The notes under the pieces were generated by a model. It was not told where the DNA came from, did not search any database, and saw nothing but the letters and a program-made list of their open reading frames with translations. A program made the position numbers and the translations under genes. From the NCBI GenBank assembly GCA_015492495.1, contig WGEY01000043.1:1-62112 (forward strand): DNA of 62,112 bases, read 5' to 3'. Origin of the DNA: Deltaproteobacteria bacterium. Its GTDB lineage: Bacteria > Desulfobacterota > GWC2-55-46 > DRQE01. Shown here piece by piece: positions 51,381 to 59,837 of the stretch. Every line of letters starts with the position of its first letter. Position 1 is the stretch's first letter.

Positions 51381-52550
51381 TCAGTTGGCCGGATTTACGA
51401 GGGCCCCCTCGGGTGGTTCACCCTTGTGATTATGGCACCTTTTGCAGTCAGAGACCGTGAAGGCCACCCTGCCGTGGCAGCGTCCGCAGCCTTTGCCCTC
51501 TTTCATCTCTATCATCTTCACCTTGTTGGCGCCGAGTTCCGGCTTGAAGATAGAGGAATGGCAGAGCGAGCATCTGACCCAGGTCGAGTGAATCTTGTGG
51601 CTGAAGAGTATGTCGTCCATGAACGCCAGCGGGGATTTGAAGAGGATCTGTGTTTCCCTCACACCCTCTGTATCCTCCTCTTCCCCGATGGAGCTGAGCG
51701 GCCTGAAGGCATCTTTTTCGTCCATCTCGACCCAGTCGATGAAACCGAACCTGTCGAGGGGCAATGCACCTTCGGGCAGGTTTTCGCTCCTCCATTCGGA
51801 GCCGAGCCTTTCTGCTATGGCCTTGAACCTTTCCGGCTCGTAGTAGCTCAGGTCTATAAGCGGCTTTGACTCCTCGAGTCCGAAGAGATGGCACCTGGTG
51901 CAGTTCGCCTCATCCGTTGCGTTGAAGGAGATCTTCCCGTTGTGGCATGTTCCGCACTGCCTGCCCTGGGAGATCTGTTCCTGTGAGATGTTGTTTGCCC
52001 CTCTCTTCATCTTGAATATGCCCTCGTGGCACACCTTGCACCTGAAAAAGGACCTGTGGACCCAGTGCGGATAGATCACCGGGGCGAGCCCCGCGGACTC
52101 CAGTTCCTCACTGTGGGTGTTCATGACGAAGTTGCCCGGGGGCCTTTCGGCCTGCTTGATCTTCTCAAGCGCTGCCTTTCGCGCGCGCTCCTTTTTCAGC
52201 TCCTCCTGCTGCAGGGCCTCAACCTTCTCGAGCAGCGCCGGATCCCCGTTGTTCCACTCTACGTGCATCTTTGCCATGGCGTTTGCAATGTCAAGAAGAT
52301 ACATCTTTTCGGCGAAGCTCTTGTCACCGCTCGACGCCTCTTTGATGAGTTTTTCAACCTCTTCGGGCACTATGTCCTTGTTCTGCCTGACAAGAAAGCT
52401 CTGCGCCTGGAAACGCATGGCCTGCCTGTTTTCTATGAACCTCTGTCTGAAATCACTCTGCCCGGCCGCTGAGGATGAGGTGAAAGCCGTAAGCAATACG
52501 ACCGCAGCAAGTAGTAACTGTCCGAGGTGGTATGGAGCTGTTCTGGTCAT
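51381..52550 (-). CDS. Periplasmic hexahaem cytochrome c: two c7-type trihaem modules behind an N-terminal helical region.
   Basis: Signal-peptide-like N-terminus and six CxxCH motifs: CKVCH, CGTCH, CTRCH, CSLCH, CGRCH, CKRCH. Confidence 0.9.
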   Translation of the reverse strand: MTRTAPYHLGQLLLAAVVLLTAFTSSSAAGQSDFRQRFIENRQAMRFQAQSFLVRQNKDIVPEEVEKLIKEASSGDKSFAEKMYLLDIANAMAKMHVEWNNGDPALLEKVEALQQEELKKERARKAALEKIKQAERPPGNFVMNTHSEELESAGLAPVIYPHWVHRSFFRCKVCHEGIFKMKRGANNISQEQISQGRQCGTCHNGKISFNATDEANCTRCHLFGLEESKPLIDLSYYEPERFKAIAERLGSEWRSENLPEGALPLDRFGFIDWVEMDEKDAFRPLSSIGEEEDTEGVRETQILFKSPLAFMDDILFSHKIHSTWVRCSLCHSSIFKPELGANKVKMIEMKEGKGCGRCHGRVAFTVSDCKRCHNHKGEPPEGALVNPAN

Positions 52551-52740
52551 CTCTTTCAGTGCCTCCTTGGAAATTATATATTATGATATATTGATTGTCA
52601 GCAGACAGGTTGTCTTTTCGTCAGATTCCGTGATTTTCTGTAGCCCGGTAACGGTAAAAGATGAAAAAAATCGACTACGGTTCCAACCGAAGGCGACTCG
52701 TCGGCTGTGCGCTCCGGAAGCGATCCTTTGTCGCTTCAGG

Positions 52741-52797
52741 GACTCCTTCTTGTCGGGCTAAAGTACACGGTTAGCGTATTCCCGCTTGGAGCTTCAA
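52741..52797. repeat. Partial copy of the GAGCTTCAA-ended repeat family.
   Basis: The sequence ...cccgcttggagcttcaa matches the end of 50330..50495 (cccgcttggtggagcttcaa). It lies inside the spurious N-terminal extension of the track ORF 52707... Confidence 0.35.
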
Positions 52798-52865
52798 AAC
52801 ACATGGCCGTAGCATATAACAATCGAAGCTTCCTCACAACCGGAAATACCATGGAGGCGGAAAAA

Positions 52866-53942
52866 ATGGTTTTTTTAAGATATATTTCGGCACTTCGCGC
52901 TTGTGTTGCGCTTTTGATTGTACTCTCTGTTTCGAAGGCATGTTTCGCGCTTACCGCGGACGAGGAGACCAACATACGGATCTACAGGGAGTATGGCCCG
53001 TCCGTTGTGAATATCACGACAACCACCGTATCCTACGATTTTTTCTATAATCCTACGCCCGAGAAGGGATCCGGTTCCGGCGTGATAATAGACATGCATG
53101 GTAACATCATAACCAACTATCATGTGGTGCAGGACGCCAGGCGTCTCGAGGTGACGCTCTTTGACGGCAGCAAGTACACAGCCAGGCTGGTAGGTACGGA
53201 CCCGTCCAACGACCTTGCGGTCATAAGGATAGATGCTCCGCGTGAAAAGCTCAAGCCCGTCGTATGGGGGGACTCTTCGGACCTCAAGGTCGGCCAGAAG
53301 GTGCTCGCCATCGGAAACCCCTTCGGACTGGACAGGACGCTCACCGTCGGCATTATAAGCTCCCTTGGAAGGACCATAAAGGCTGTAGACGGCAGGCTCA
53401 TCCGGGGAATCATTCAGACCGATGCGGCGATCAACCCGGGAAACTCCGGCGGACCGCTCCTGGATAACGATGGGCGCATGATAGGGGTCACCACCGCGAT
53501 ATTTTCGCCCGTCGGCACGAACATAGGCCTGGGCTTCGCCATACCGGTGGATACGGTGAAGGACGTTGCGGCACAGCTCGTGGAAAAGGGCTATGTGTCG
53601 AGGCCGTGGCTGGGCATAAGCGGGCAGAACATAGACGGCTCGCTTGCAAGGGTCATGGGATTGGGGTCGGAAGGGGTGCTGATAGCGGATGTGTACAGGG
53701 GAAGTCCCGCCCACAAGGCGGGGTTGAGGGGGGGCGAGAGGTACGTGAGGCTCGGCAACCTGCTCCTGGCCACAGGAGGCGACCTCATACTGGCTCTGGG
53801 CGGTAAAAGGGTGAGGTCCCTTGATGATCTCGACGAGGCGCTCGAGGGGTTCGAGGTCGGAGACTGGGTGGAGTTGGAGATCCTTAGGGACGGTACGAAG
53901 AGGCGTTTAAGGCTTAGGCTTGAGGAGATGCCCCGGCGCTGA
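52866..53942 (+). CDS. HtrA/DegP-family periplasmic serine protease with one PDZ domain.
   Basis: Catalytic triad contexts TNYHVV, NDLAVIRI and GNSGGPLL, plus a C-terminal PDZ domain. Start at the ATG at 52866 (GGAGG 7 nt upstream), before a signal-peptide-like segment. Confidence 0.9.
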   Translation: MVFLRYISALRACVALLIVLSVSKACFALTADEETNIRIYREYGPSVVNITTTTVSYDFFYNPTPEKGSGSGVIIDMHGNIITNYHVVQDARRLEVTLFDGSKYTARLVGTDPSNDLAVIRIDAPREKLKPVVWGDSSDLKVGQKVLAIGNPFGLDRTLTVGIISSLGRTIKAVDGRLIRGIIQTDAAINPGNSGGPLLDNDGRMIGVTTAIFSPVGTNIGLGFAIPVDTVKDVAAQLVEKGYVSRPWLGISGQNIDGSLARVMGLGSEGVLIADVYRGSPAHKAGLRGGERYVRLGNLLLATGGDLILALGGKRVRSLDDLDEALEGFEVGDWVELEILRDGTKRRLRLRLEEMPRR

Positions 53943-54099
53943 GACGATCGGAGATACCTCATGTAGTGTGTGTGGCGCAGCGGAGGGGGAAAGCATCCTT
54001 GTACTTGCTTCGGCGTATGCGGTGCCAGTAGAAGATCACCAGGGTGTGTTGTTCCGCCAAACAGGGGGAAGTTCCTTAAGAGCCCGGTTAAGAAAAAGC

Positions 54100-54133
54100 T
54101 TGACAATATATTATGAAAATGATAATCATTATC
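54100..54133 (+). promoter_or_regulatory. Sigma-70-like promoter overlapped by a near-consensus Fur box.
   Basis: TTGACA at 54100-54105. GAAAATGATAATCATTATC at 54115-54133 matches the 19-bp Fur consensus GATAATGATAATCATTATC at 18 of 19 positions and covers the -10 region. Confidence 0.8.
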
Positions 54134-54162
54134 AATAAGCTCTCAGCGCAGGAAACAAAGTA

Positions 54163-54420
54163 ATGATCCGAACGTACAGGGGTGGCGGTGTGTCGGCGCT
54201 TGTCATAGGAACTACGTCATACATAGGCTCTATAGGGGATGTCCTTCTCAACGGCGGTTTCCGCGAGATTCGCTGGAGGGACGGTGCCACGGACCGGTTC
54301 GATCTGGATGGTTTTCAACCCGATCTGATCATCCTTATAAGAGATGGCATCGAAGAGTTCGGTATCAATCGGCTTTTACACACGGCCCTGAATCTTAATG
54401 TTCCTCTGTTCGTATTGTGA
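54163..54420 (+). CDS. Hypothetical protein, a divergent DUF2325-like paralogue.
   Basis: 85 aa. The pattern ALVIGTTS...DLIILIRDGIEEF...NVPLFVL parallels the downstream DUF2325 protein (ALVGGMD...DAIIIFTNRISHN...GVPVLMY). Weak RBS. Confidence 0.5.
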   Translation: MIRTYRGGGVSALVIGTTSYIGSIGDVLLNGGFREIRWRDGATDRFDLDGFQPDLIILIRDGIEEFGINRLLHTALNLNVPLFVL

Positions 54421-54587
54421 TCTCGACAGATGCCGCTGCGATGAGGTGGGATCGGGACATTAAAACTTTTTTCCACTTCCATTGGCCTGTGTTGAAGGGG
54501 GAGCATGTTATGAGCCGGACTGAGCCCGGCGGCCTTGTTCTGTGGGACATGGTTGGTAACAGCTATTAAATCATACGGAGGATTTCC

Positions 54588-54875
54588 ATGTGTGTAGCGT
54601 TGGTAGGAGGAATGGACAGGCTGAAGAGGAGGTACGAGATGACGGCACTTGCCCGCGGGGTCGATCTGCGGCACTTTGAGAGGAGTTGTCCCCGTTTTGA
54701 GGAAAAGATGGAAGGGGTCGACGCCATCATTATATTTACTAACAGGATATCCCATAATGCAAGGAAAAGGGCGTTGTCCAAAGGCGCTGCCCTGGGGGTC
54801 CCGGTCCTAATGTACCACTCCAGCGGACTTTCCAGTCTCAGAAGGTGTCTTGATGAAATCACAAAGGGTAAATGA
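54588..54875 (+). CDS. DUF2325-domain protein (family name from memory).
   Basis: 95 aa. Translation VALVGGMDRLKRRYE...VDAIIIFTNRISHNARKRA...GVPVLMYHSSGLSSL. GGAGG 7 nt upstream of the ATG. Confidence 0.7.
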   Translation: MCVALVGGMDRLKRRYEMTALARGVDLRHFERSCPRFEEKMEGVDAIIIFTNRISHNARKRALSKGAALGVPVLMYHSSGLSSLRRCLDEITKGK

Positions 54876-55317
54876 TGGGTGGTGGGTGAGAAAACTTGTG
54901 TGTGCGAGCGTTACCCGTCCACTCGCAAGGTCTTGTTTTGCACCTATCTGACGGCAGTCAGCCAGTCCGAGGAGCATCCGTAAGGTCTCGCGGCAGAGGT
55001 GGCTGGTCTTTTCTGATCAAATGGAGGTTCGAGGCAGCTTCTGGCCTTGCCATCTTCTCTCCATGTGCCTCACAGGCGGCCGTGTCTGGGGCAACCATAA
55101 CCATAGGCTCGACATCGTGGTTAAAGGGTGGACCGCTGCCGTCCTTTTCCCTGAAAACTTTATCCCGCGGAAACACCCACCTGTAAAGACAGGATGATAG
55201 CATACTCTGGTTTGTCTCTTTTCCAGGGCAAGGGAGTACTGTAGAGGTTTTGTTTGATCAGGCGCTGCCTAAACGCCTGCGTATCTCTCAGTAGCAGGAA
55301 AAAATCTTTTTTATTGG

Positions 55318-55350
55318 GCATTCGTCATTGCGAAAGAAGCGAAGCATATT
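55318..55350. repeat. Fragment of the cgtcattgcga...agcgaagca repeat motif.
   Basis: gcattcgtcattgcgaaagaagcgaagcatatt. The same motif recurs at 36826-36852 and inside both family-A elements. Confidence 0.35.
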
Positions 55351-55624
55351 TTTCAAGAAAACCAAGTGGTTATGGACGCATCGCCGGGTTCCTCGCTACA
55401 CTCTTCACCTTTCCATGCGCTTCGGTACGGCGTTAAGCACACCGGGACAAGCCCCCCAACAACGAATTGATCGGAGCTTCCCTATACCGAAGCTGCTCGT
55501 GGCAAGCTGAAGAGGGTGGCAGATCGTCCTATGGTCAGTATGGTCCGCAGAGCTGCGGCGGACCGACTCACAGGGTATCGGCTACACCGGTTTCTTTCAT
55601 CAGCGAGTCATACCTTTTGCTCGG

Positions 55625-57042
55625 CTACTCCGCGCAGCAGGATAGCTGCGCAATATCCCTGTAGAAACTCTGGGCACAGAGCTTCACCATCTCCGAGGGG
55701 TGGGGTAGACGTCTATCTTTTCCGTAAGATCCTTTACCGTCATGCCTTCCCTCATGGCGAGAACGGCCTGATGGATGACCTCGGCGGCCTCGGGAGCCAG
55801 GATGTGAATGCCGAGCACCCTCCCGGTACCCTCTTCCGCAACCATTTTTATAAGCCCCCTTGCATCCCTTATGGCTCGGGCCTTCGGGACGTACTTCATC
55901 TTGAGTGTCCTCGATACAGTTTTAAGGCCCTGCTCTGCAGCCCGTCGCTCTGTAATGCCGACGCTTGCCACATTGGGGTGTGTGAATATGGCATGGGGGA
56001 CCGTGCTGTAATCCATCCTCTCGAGGCAACACTCGTCGTCTGAAAGGGCGTTTGCGGCTGCAACGGAGCCCTCCCGTGCGGCCACAGTCACAAGCGGCAT
56101 CTTTCCTGCCACATCACCGGCCGCAAATACGACGGGATTCGTCGTCCTCATGAATTCGTCCGTCCTGACGAAACCGTTTTGGTCAACATCGACCCCCGCG
56201 GCATCAAGGTTCAATCCGTCTGTGTCGGGGGTGATGCCTGTGGCCATGAGGATTGCTTCTCCCCTGAACTCTGTGGCAGCACCGCCAACGTCGGCTCTGA
56301 CCGTCTTTTGCCGGCCGGATTGATGCACCTCCATGACCTTCGCGCCGGTATGGATGGCTATCCCCTCTTCCTCGAGGTATCCCTTCAGTGCGGCCGATAT
56401 CTCCTCTTCCTCCTCGGGTATAATCATTGGGCTACGCTGCAGTATCGTCACTTTGCTACCGAAGCGGGAGAATATCTGTGCCATCTCCACTGCGACGAAC
56501 CTTCCCCCGAGGATTATCAGAGAAGTGGGCAGCTCCTTCAGGTCGAGGGCTGTTGTGGAATCCAGGAAATCCACCCGGTCGATACCGTTGAAGGGAATCA
56601 CCCGGGGCCTCGCCCCCGTTGCGATGATGAATCTGCTCCCCTTGATAACCCGCTCACCGACCTTCACTTCATTTCCGGAAAGAAATGAAGCCTCCCCCTC
56701 GAAGTAGTGAATCTTCGTGTTGTCCCTCAGGACATTGAGATACTTCTCCTTCCGTAGTTCCTTGACCAGTTCATCCTTTTGCTCGATAACCTTTGCGAAA
56801 TCCACTTTCCCTTTCGGGATGTCTATGCCACTGAATGGCTGGTGCCTAGAATAGAAAAACACCTCCGCTACCCTTAGAAGGTTCTTCGACGGTATACAAC
56901 CCCTGTTGAGGCACGTACCTCCTATTACGTCCTTCTCGCAGACAGCGACCTCGGCGCCGAGTTCCGTTGCCTTCAGCGCGGCGGCGAAGGCCGCCGAGCC
57001 CCCGCCGATGACTACGATGTCGAATTCAAAACCTGCATTCAT
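55625..57042 (-). pseudogene. merA: Mercuric reductase MerA (core type, no N-terminal HMA domain) with a frameshift just before the C-terminal Cys-Cys pair.
   Basis: GGTCLNRGCIPSK redox site. The track ORF stops at 55684 (...VYPTPRRW*), but the adjacent frame continues SEMVKLCAQSFYRDIAQLSCCAE* to 55625, which is the MerA tail. The shift lies in the run GGGGTGGGG at 55697-55705. A sequencing error is not excluded. Confidence 0.8.
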
Positions 57043-57203
57043 CGTTTTTTACAGCTCATATCTTTTTCCTGAAGTAGGTATAGCGGTTTTATCGAGAAGT
57101 ACGGCAGGACGACAAATGGCCATGGTCTCGGAGACCCTTCACAGCCAGCCGGAGACGCCGTGCTGTGTCCAGGCAACGGTATCGATGGATCGGCATCCCT
57201 GTG

Positions 57204-57500
57204 CTAATCTTCTTTTGATTCCTTTGCCTTGAATCCGACCTTCTCTACGGCCTTTATCATTTCCTCAACACGGCCCTTCCCTCCTTCGTACTCTACGTGG
57301 GCCTCCTTCTCCTTGAAGCTCACCTCAACCTCTTTTACGCCTTCGACGTTCGAGAGCGCCTTTTTTACAGCCCGGGCGCATATCCTGCAGGTCATGCCCT
57401 CTATATCGAGGGTTATTGACTCCATGCCGCCCGCCGTAACGGAGCTCATGGTCATAAAGACAAAGACAAGGAGAGCAAGGGTTGTAGGTATCACTTTCAT
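57204..57500 (-). CDS. merP: Periplasmic mercury-binding protein MerP.
   Basis: Signal peptide MKVIPTTLALLVFVFMTMSSVTAG, then the HMA motif GMTCRICARAV. AAGGAGG upstream of the ATG at 57500. Confidence 0.85.
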   Translation of the reverse strand: MKVIPTTLALLVFVFMTMSSVTAGGMESITLDIEGMTCRICARAVKKALSNVEGVKEVEVSFKEKEAHVEYEGGKGRVEEMIKAVEKVGFKAKESKED

Positions 57501-57626
57501 GACAGCCGTACCTCCTTCTTTGTTGTCCCCTTCTGGGAATAAGAGAAAACCCATCGCCCTTAGGCGAAGACTTTAACCGCACCATCCGGCGTCTGCCTCA
57601 GTGGGTAATTCTGCCTTACCTCTGTT

Positions 57627-57977
57627 TCATGCAAAGAGCCACGCCGCCACGTAGGGGAAGCTCACCCCGAATATCGCAAAGCCTACGAGCACCCAGAAGA
57701 GCAGCCTGTTTATCTTTCTGGCCCGCGGGTTGCATCCGCCGTCCGGGCCGCAGTTCGAGCCCTTGCCGTAGGCGTGGCGCCATGCAAAGGCCACGAAGAC
57801 GAAGGTCAGACCGATCATATACGGCCGGAGCGGTTCGAGCCTGGTAAGAAACCCCAGCCCCGTTATGCCGAATGCCAGAAAGAGGGCCGGGCCTATACAG
57901 CAGCTTGCCGCCAGCAGGGCTGTAATCACACCGCCGATGGCCGAGGCCCTTTTGCTCATGTTCGTGTGTTTGCTCAT
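57627..57977 (-). CDS. merT: Mercuric ion transporter MerT.
   Basis: Cys-Cys in the first TM helix (LAASCCIGP), LEPLRPYMIG, and a second Cys pair (SNCGPDGGC). Close overall resemblance to Tn501 MerT. The ATG overlaps the merR stop. Confidence 0.9.
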   Translation of the reverse strand: MSKHTNMSKRASAIGGVITALLAASCCIGPALFLAFGITGLGFLTRLEPLRPYMIGLTFVFVAFAWRHAYGKGSNCGPDGGCNPRARKINRLLFWVLVGFAIFGVSFPYVAAWLFA

Positions 57978-58407
57978 CTCCTGCCTTTTTTTGCGCTTTC
58001 GAGGTTTTCCTCCTCGATGGTCTTAAGTATCGGGCACTCCTCGGTGGGTCGTCGCCTGTCGCAGGCCTTTATCAGCTCCTTCAGGACCTTTTTGACCGAG
58101 CCGAGGGCCTTCATCTTGTCTTCAACGTCGCTGAGCTTGCGTTCGGCCTGTTCCTTTACCCGGGTGCAGGCTGCGGCCGATCCGATGTTCAGGTCGAGAA
58201 GCCCCCTTATCTCCTCAAGGGTAAAACCGATCTCCTTTGCGCGTCGGATGAGCCGGAGCCTTTTCAGGGATTCTTCGTTGTAAATCCTGTACCCCGCGGG
58301 CGACCTGCCGGAGGGATGAAGGAGCCCCCGGCGCTCATAGTAACGTAACGGATCGTCTGAACATTCACCCCCGCACGTCCGGCGAGTTCCCCGATCGTGA
58401 ATTCCAT
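57974..58407 (-). pseudogene. merR: MerR-family Hg(II)-responsive regulator disrupted by a 5-bp tandem duplication in the HTH-coding region.
   Basis: ATG at 58407 (GAGGAGG upstream) gives MEFTIGELAGRAGVNVQTIRY. The minus-strand duplication CGTTA-CGTTA (plus-strand TAACGTAACG, 58341-58350) then shifts the frame. Removing one copy restores ...IRYYERRGLL... with Cys79, Cys114 and Cys123. Confidence 0.8.
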
Positions 58408-58430
58408 GGCCTCCTCTCATCGATAATTGA

Positions 58431-58462
58431 ATTATAAACCCCATACCATGGTATAAGGTCAA
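58431..58462 (-). promoter_or_regulatory. MerR-type promoter with an over-long spacer and a dyad operator.
   Basis: On the minus strand: TTGACC (58462-58457), a 20-nt spacer containing the perfect palindrome ATACCATGGTAT (58454-58443), then TATAAT (58436-58431). Confidence 0.7.
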
Positions 58463-58533
58463 GGTAATCTTTCAAATCGGTTACCGGAAGAGCTTTCAAA
58501 TTGACTTGCAAGCGGCTATTCTGCTAATATTAG

Positions 58534-58735
58534 GGAAACTCTGATTAATTCGTCATTGCAGAGGCTTGTCCCCACGCGGAGCGAGGGAACCCGACGAATC
58601 TCTGAGTATTTGATTTTACTGAAAAAGATGCTGGAGAGGGATAATAACCCTCCTTCCCGGCAAGGTCGCTCCACCCGTTTAACAGATCCAGTGCTTTGCC
58701 GCGCAATGACGAGACAGGCAATAAATCAGAGTTTT
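58534..58735. mobile_element. Second copy of the family-A MITE-like element.
   Basis: Aligns over its whole length with 36871..37078, with the same ends AAACTCTGATT / AATCAGAGTTT. Lies about 70 nt upstream of the mer promoter. Confidence 0.7.
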
Positions 58736-59050
58736 TAGATATTAATATGACTTACATGTTGCGCCATGACGCCGTTACTGCAATAAGAGCAGGCGCGTCC
58801 CCCGCGCAAGGGGATGAAAATGCTTTGAAGAGCCGGAGAGGCCTTTGGGTGAAGTGGAGCATTGCTCCCTAAGCAAGGAAACCCAGGTTGATCTGTCCTT
58901 GCGGCGACGAAGCAATTTTTTTCAGGGTTTCTTTGAGAGATGACCTCGCAGCCGGAAAACGGAGAGGAAGGACCACTTGGAAGTTTACCCGGTAAGAATC
59001 CCGCCATTTGCTTGGTTTTCGTATAAGGATGTCCTTCTTTCCCTACAAGC

Positions 59051-59305
59051 ATGGAAAAGTTCTTTTTGATACTCATTGGAATAACCATAATCACCCTTAT
59101 AATAAACCTTCCGTTCGGCTACCTGAGGAGCAAGGTGCGGAAGTTCTCCTTGTGGTGGTTCCTTTACATACATGTGCCCATCCCGTTAATCTTCATCCTC
59201 CGAAAGCTCGTTGGTTTGGGATACAAGGCGGTACCCGTGATAATCGTCGGTGCTGTAGTTGGGCAGATGATAGGTGGACGTATAAACGCCGACAGGATTT
59301 CCTGA
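59051..59305 (+). CDS. Hypothetical small membrane protein (three TM segments).
   Basis: 84-aa hydrophobic ORF directly upstream of the DUF721 gene. No family recognised. Confidence 0.45.
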   Translation: MEKFFLILIGITIITLIINLPFGYLRSKVRKFSLWWFLYIHVPIPLIFILRKLVGLGYKAVPVIIVGAVVGQMIGGRINADRIS

Positions 59306-59318
59306 CGATGGCCTGCTT

Positions 59319-59801
59319 ATGGTAAAACGCCTCTATGCCGCAAAAGGAAGGGGCCTTGCGCCGGCGAAGATAGGCGCCGTGCTTGGACATTCGTTCTCCA
59401 ACCTTGGGCTCGCAACAAGGATAAACGAGTTCAAGATAAAGAAGCACTGGCCGGAGGTAGTAGGCAGGGCTATTTCGCAGAGGGCTGTCCCGCTCAGGCT
59501 CGTCTCGTCAACCCTGCATGTGACTGTGTCTTCGTCCGCGTGGATGAACGAACTCCTCTACCACAAGGATGAAATCATCGAAAAGATAAACAGTCTCATA
59601 GGTGCCGGTGCGGTAAGTAATATAATCTTCAAAACCGGCAGGGTCGAGGCCGCGCCGCAGGAAAGAGCTGTTATAAAGCGTAGGAGCCTATCCCGGGCCG
59701 AGAGGGCGTTCATAGACAGGACGGTCTCAACGGTGAAGGATCAGGCCCTGAGGGAGGCCATAAGGCGGGCCATGGAAAAAGGAATGAGCCGGGACGAGTG
59801 A
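59319..59801 (+). CDS. DUF721-domain protein (DciA-like).
   Basis: IKKHWPEVVGRAISQRAVPLRLVSSTLHVTVSSSAWMNELLYHKDEIIEKIN fits the DUF721 pattern. Confidence 0.7.
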   Translation: MVKRLYAAKGRGLAPAKIGAVLGHSFSNLGLATRINEFKIKKHWPEVVGRAISQRAVPLRLVSSTLHVTVSSSAWMNELLYHKDEIIEKINSLIGAGAVSNIIFKTGRVEAAPQERAVIKRRSLSRAERAFIDRTVSTVKDQALREAIRRAMEKGMSRDE

Positions 59802-59837
59802 CCAGTAAACCAACCCCGCGGCAGGCCCGATTGGTCC

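Noticed and set aside
51433-51447. A TGGCAC...TGCA string resembling a sigma-54 promoter.
   Set aside because: The GG-to-GC spacing is 8 nt instead of 10. It also lies inside the cytochrome c gene on the opposite strand.
51291-51869. 192-aa plus-strand ORF continuing past the selenoprotein stop.
   Set aside because: It is out of frame with the GrdB-like gene and antisense to the CxxCH-rich cytochrome gene. It has no motifs.
58408-58462. N-terminal extension of the track ORF 57974..58462 (MTLYHGMGFIIQLSMRGG...) as the real MerR N-terminus.
   Set aside because: Its TTG start is the -35 hexamer and the extension runs through the operator and RBS. The genuine HTH (MEFTIGELAGRAGVNVQTIRY) is in another frame starting at 58407.
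26253-58735. The recurrent short repeats as a CRISPR array.
   Set aside because: The copies are kilobases apart, vary in length and orientation, and have no regular repeat-spacer periodicity. No cas genes are present.
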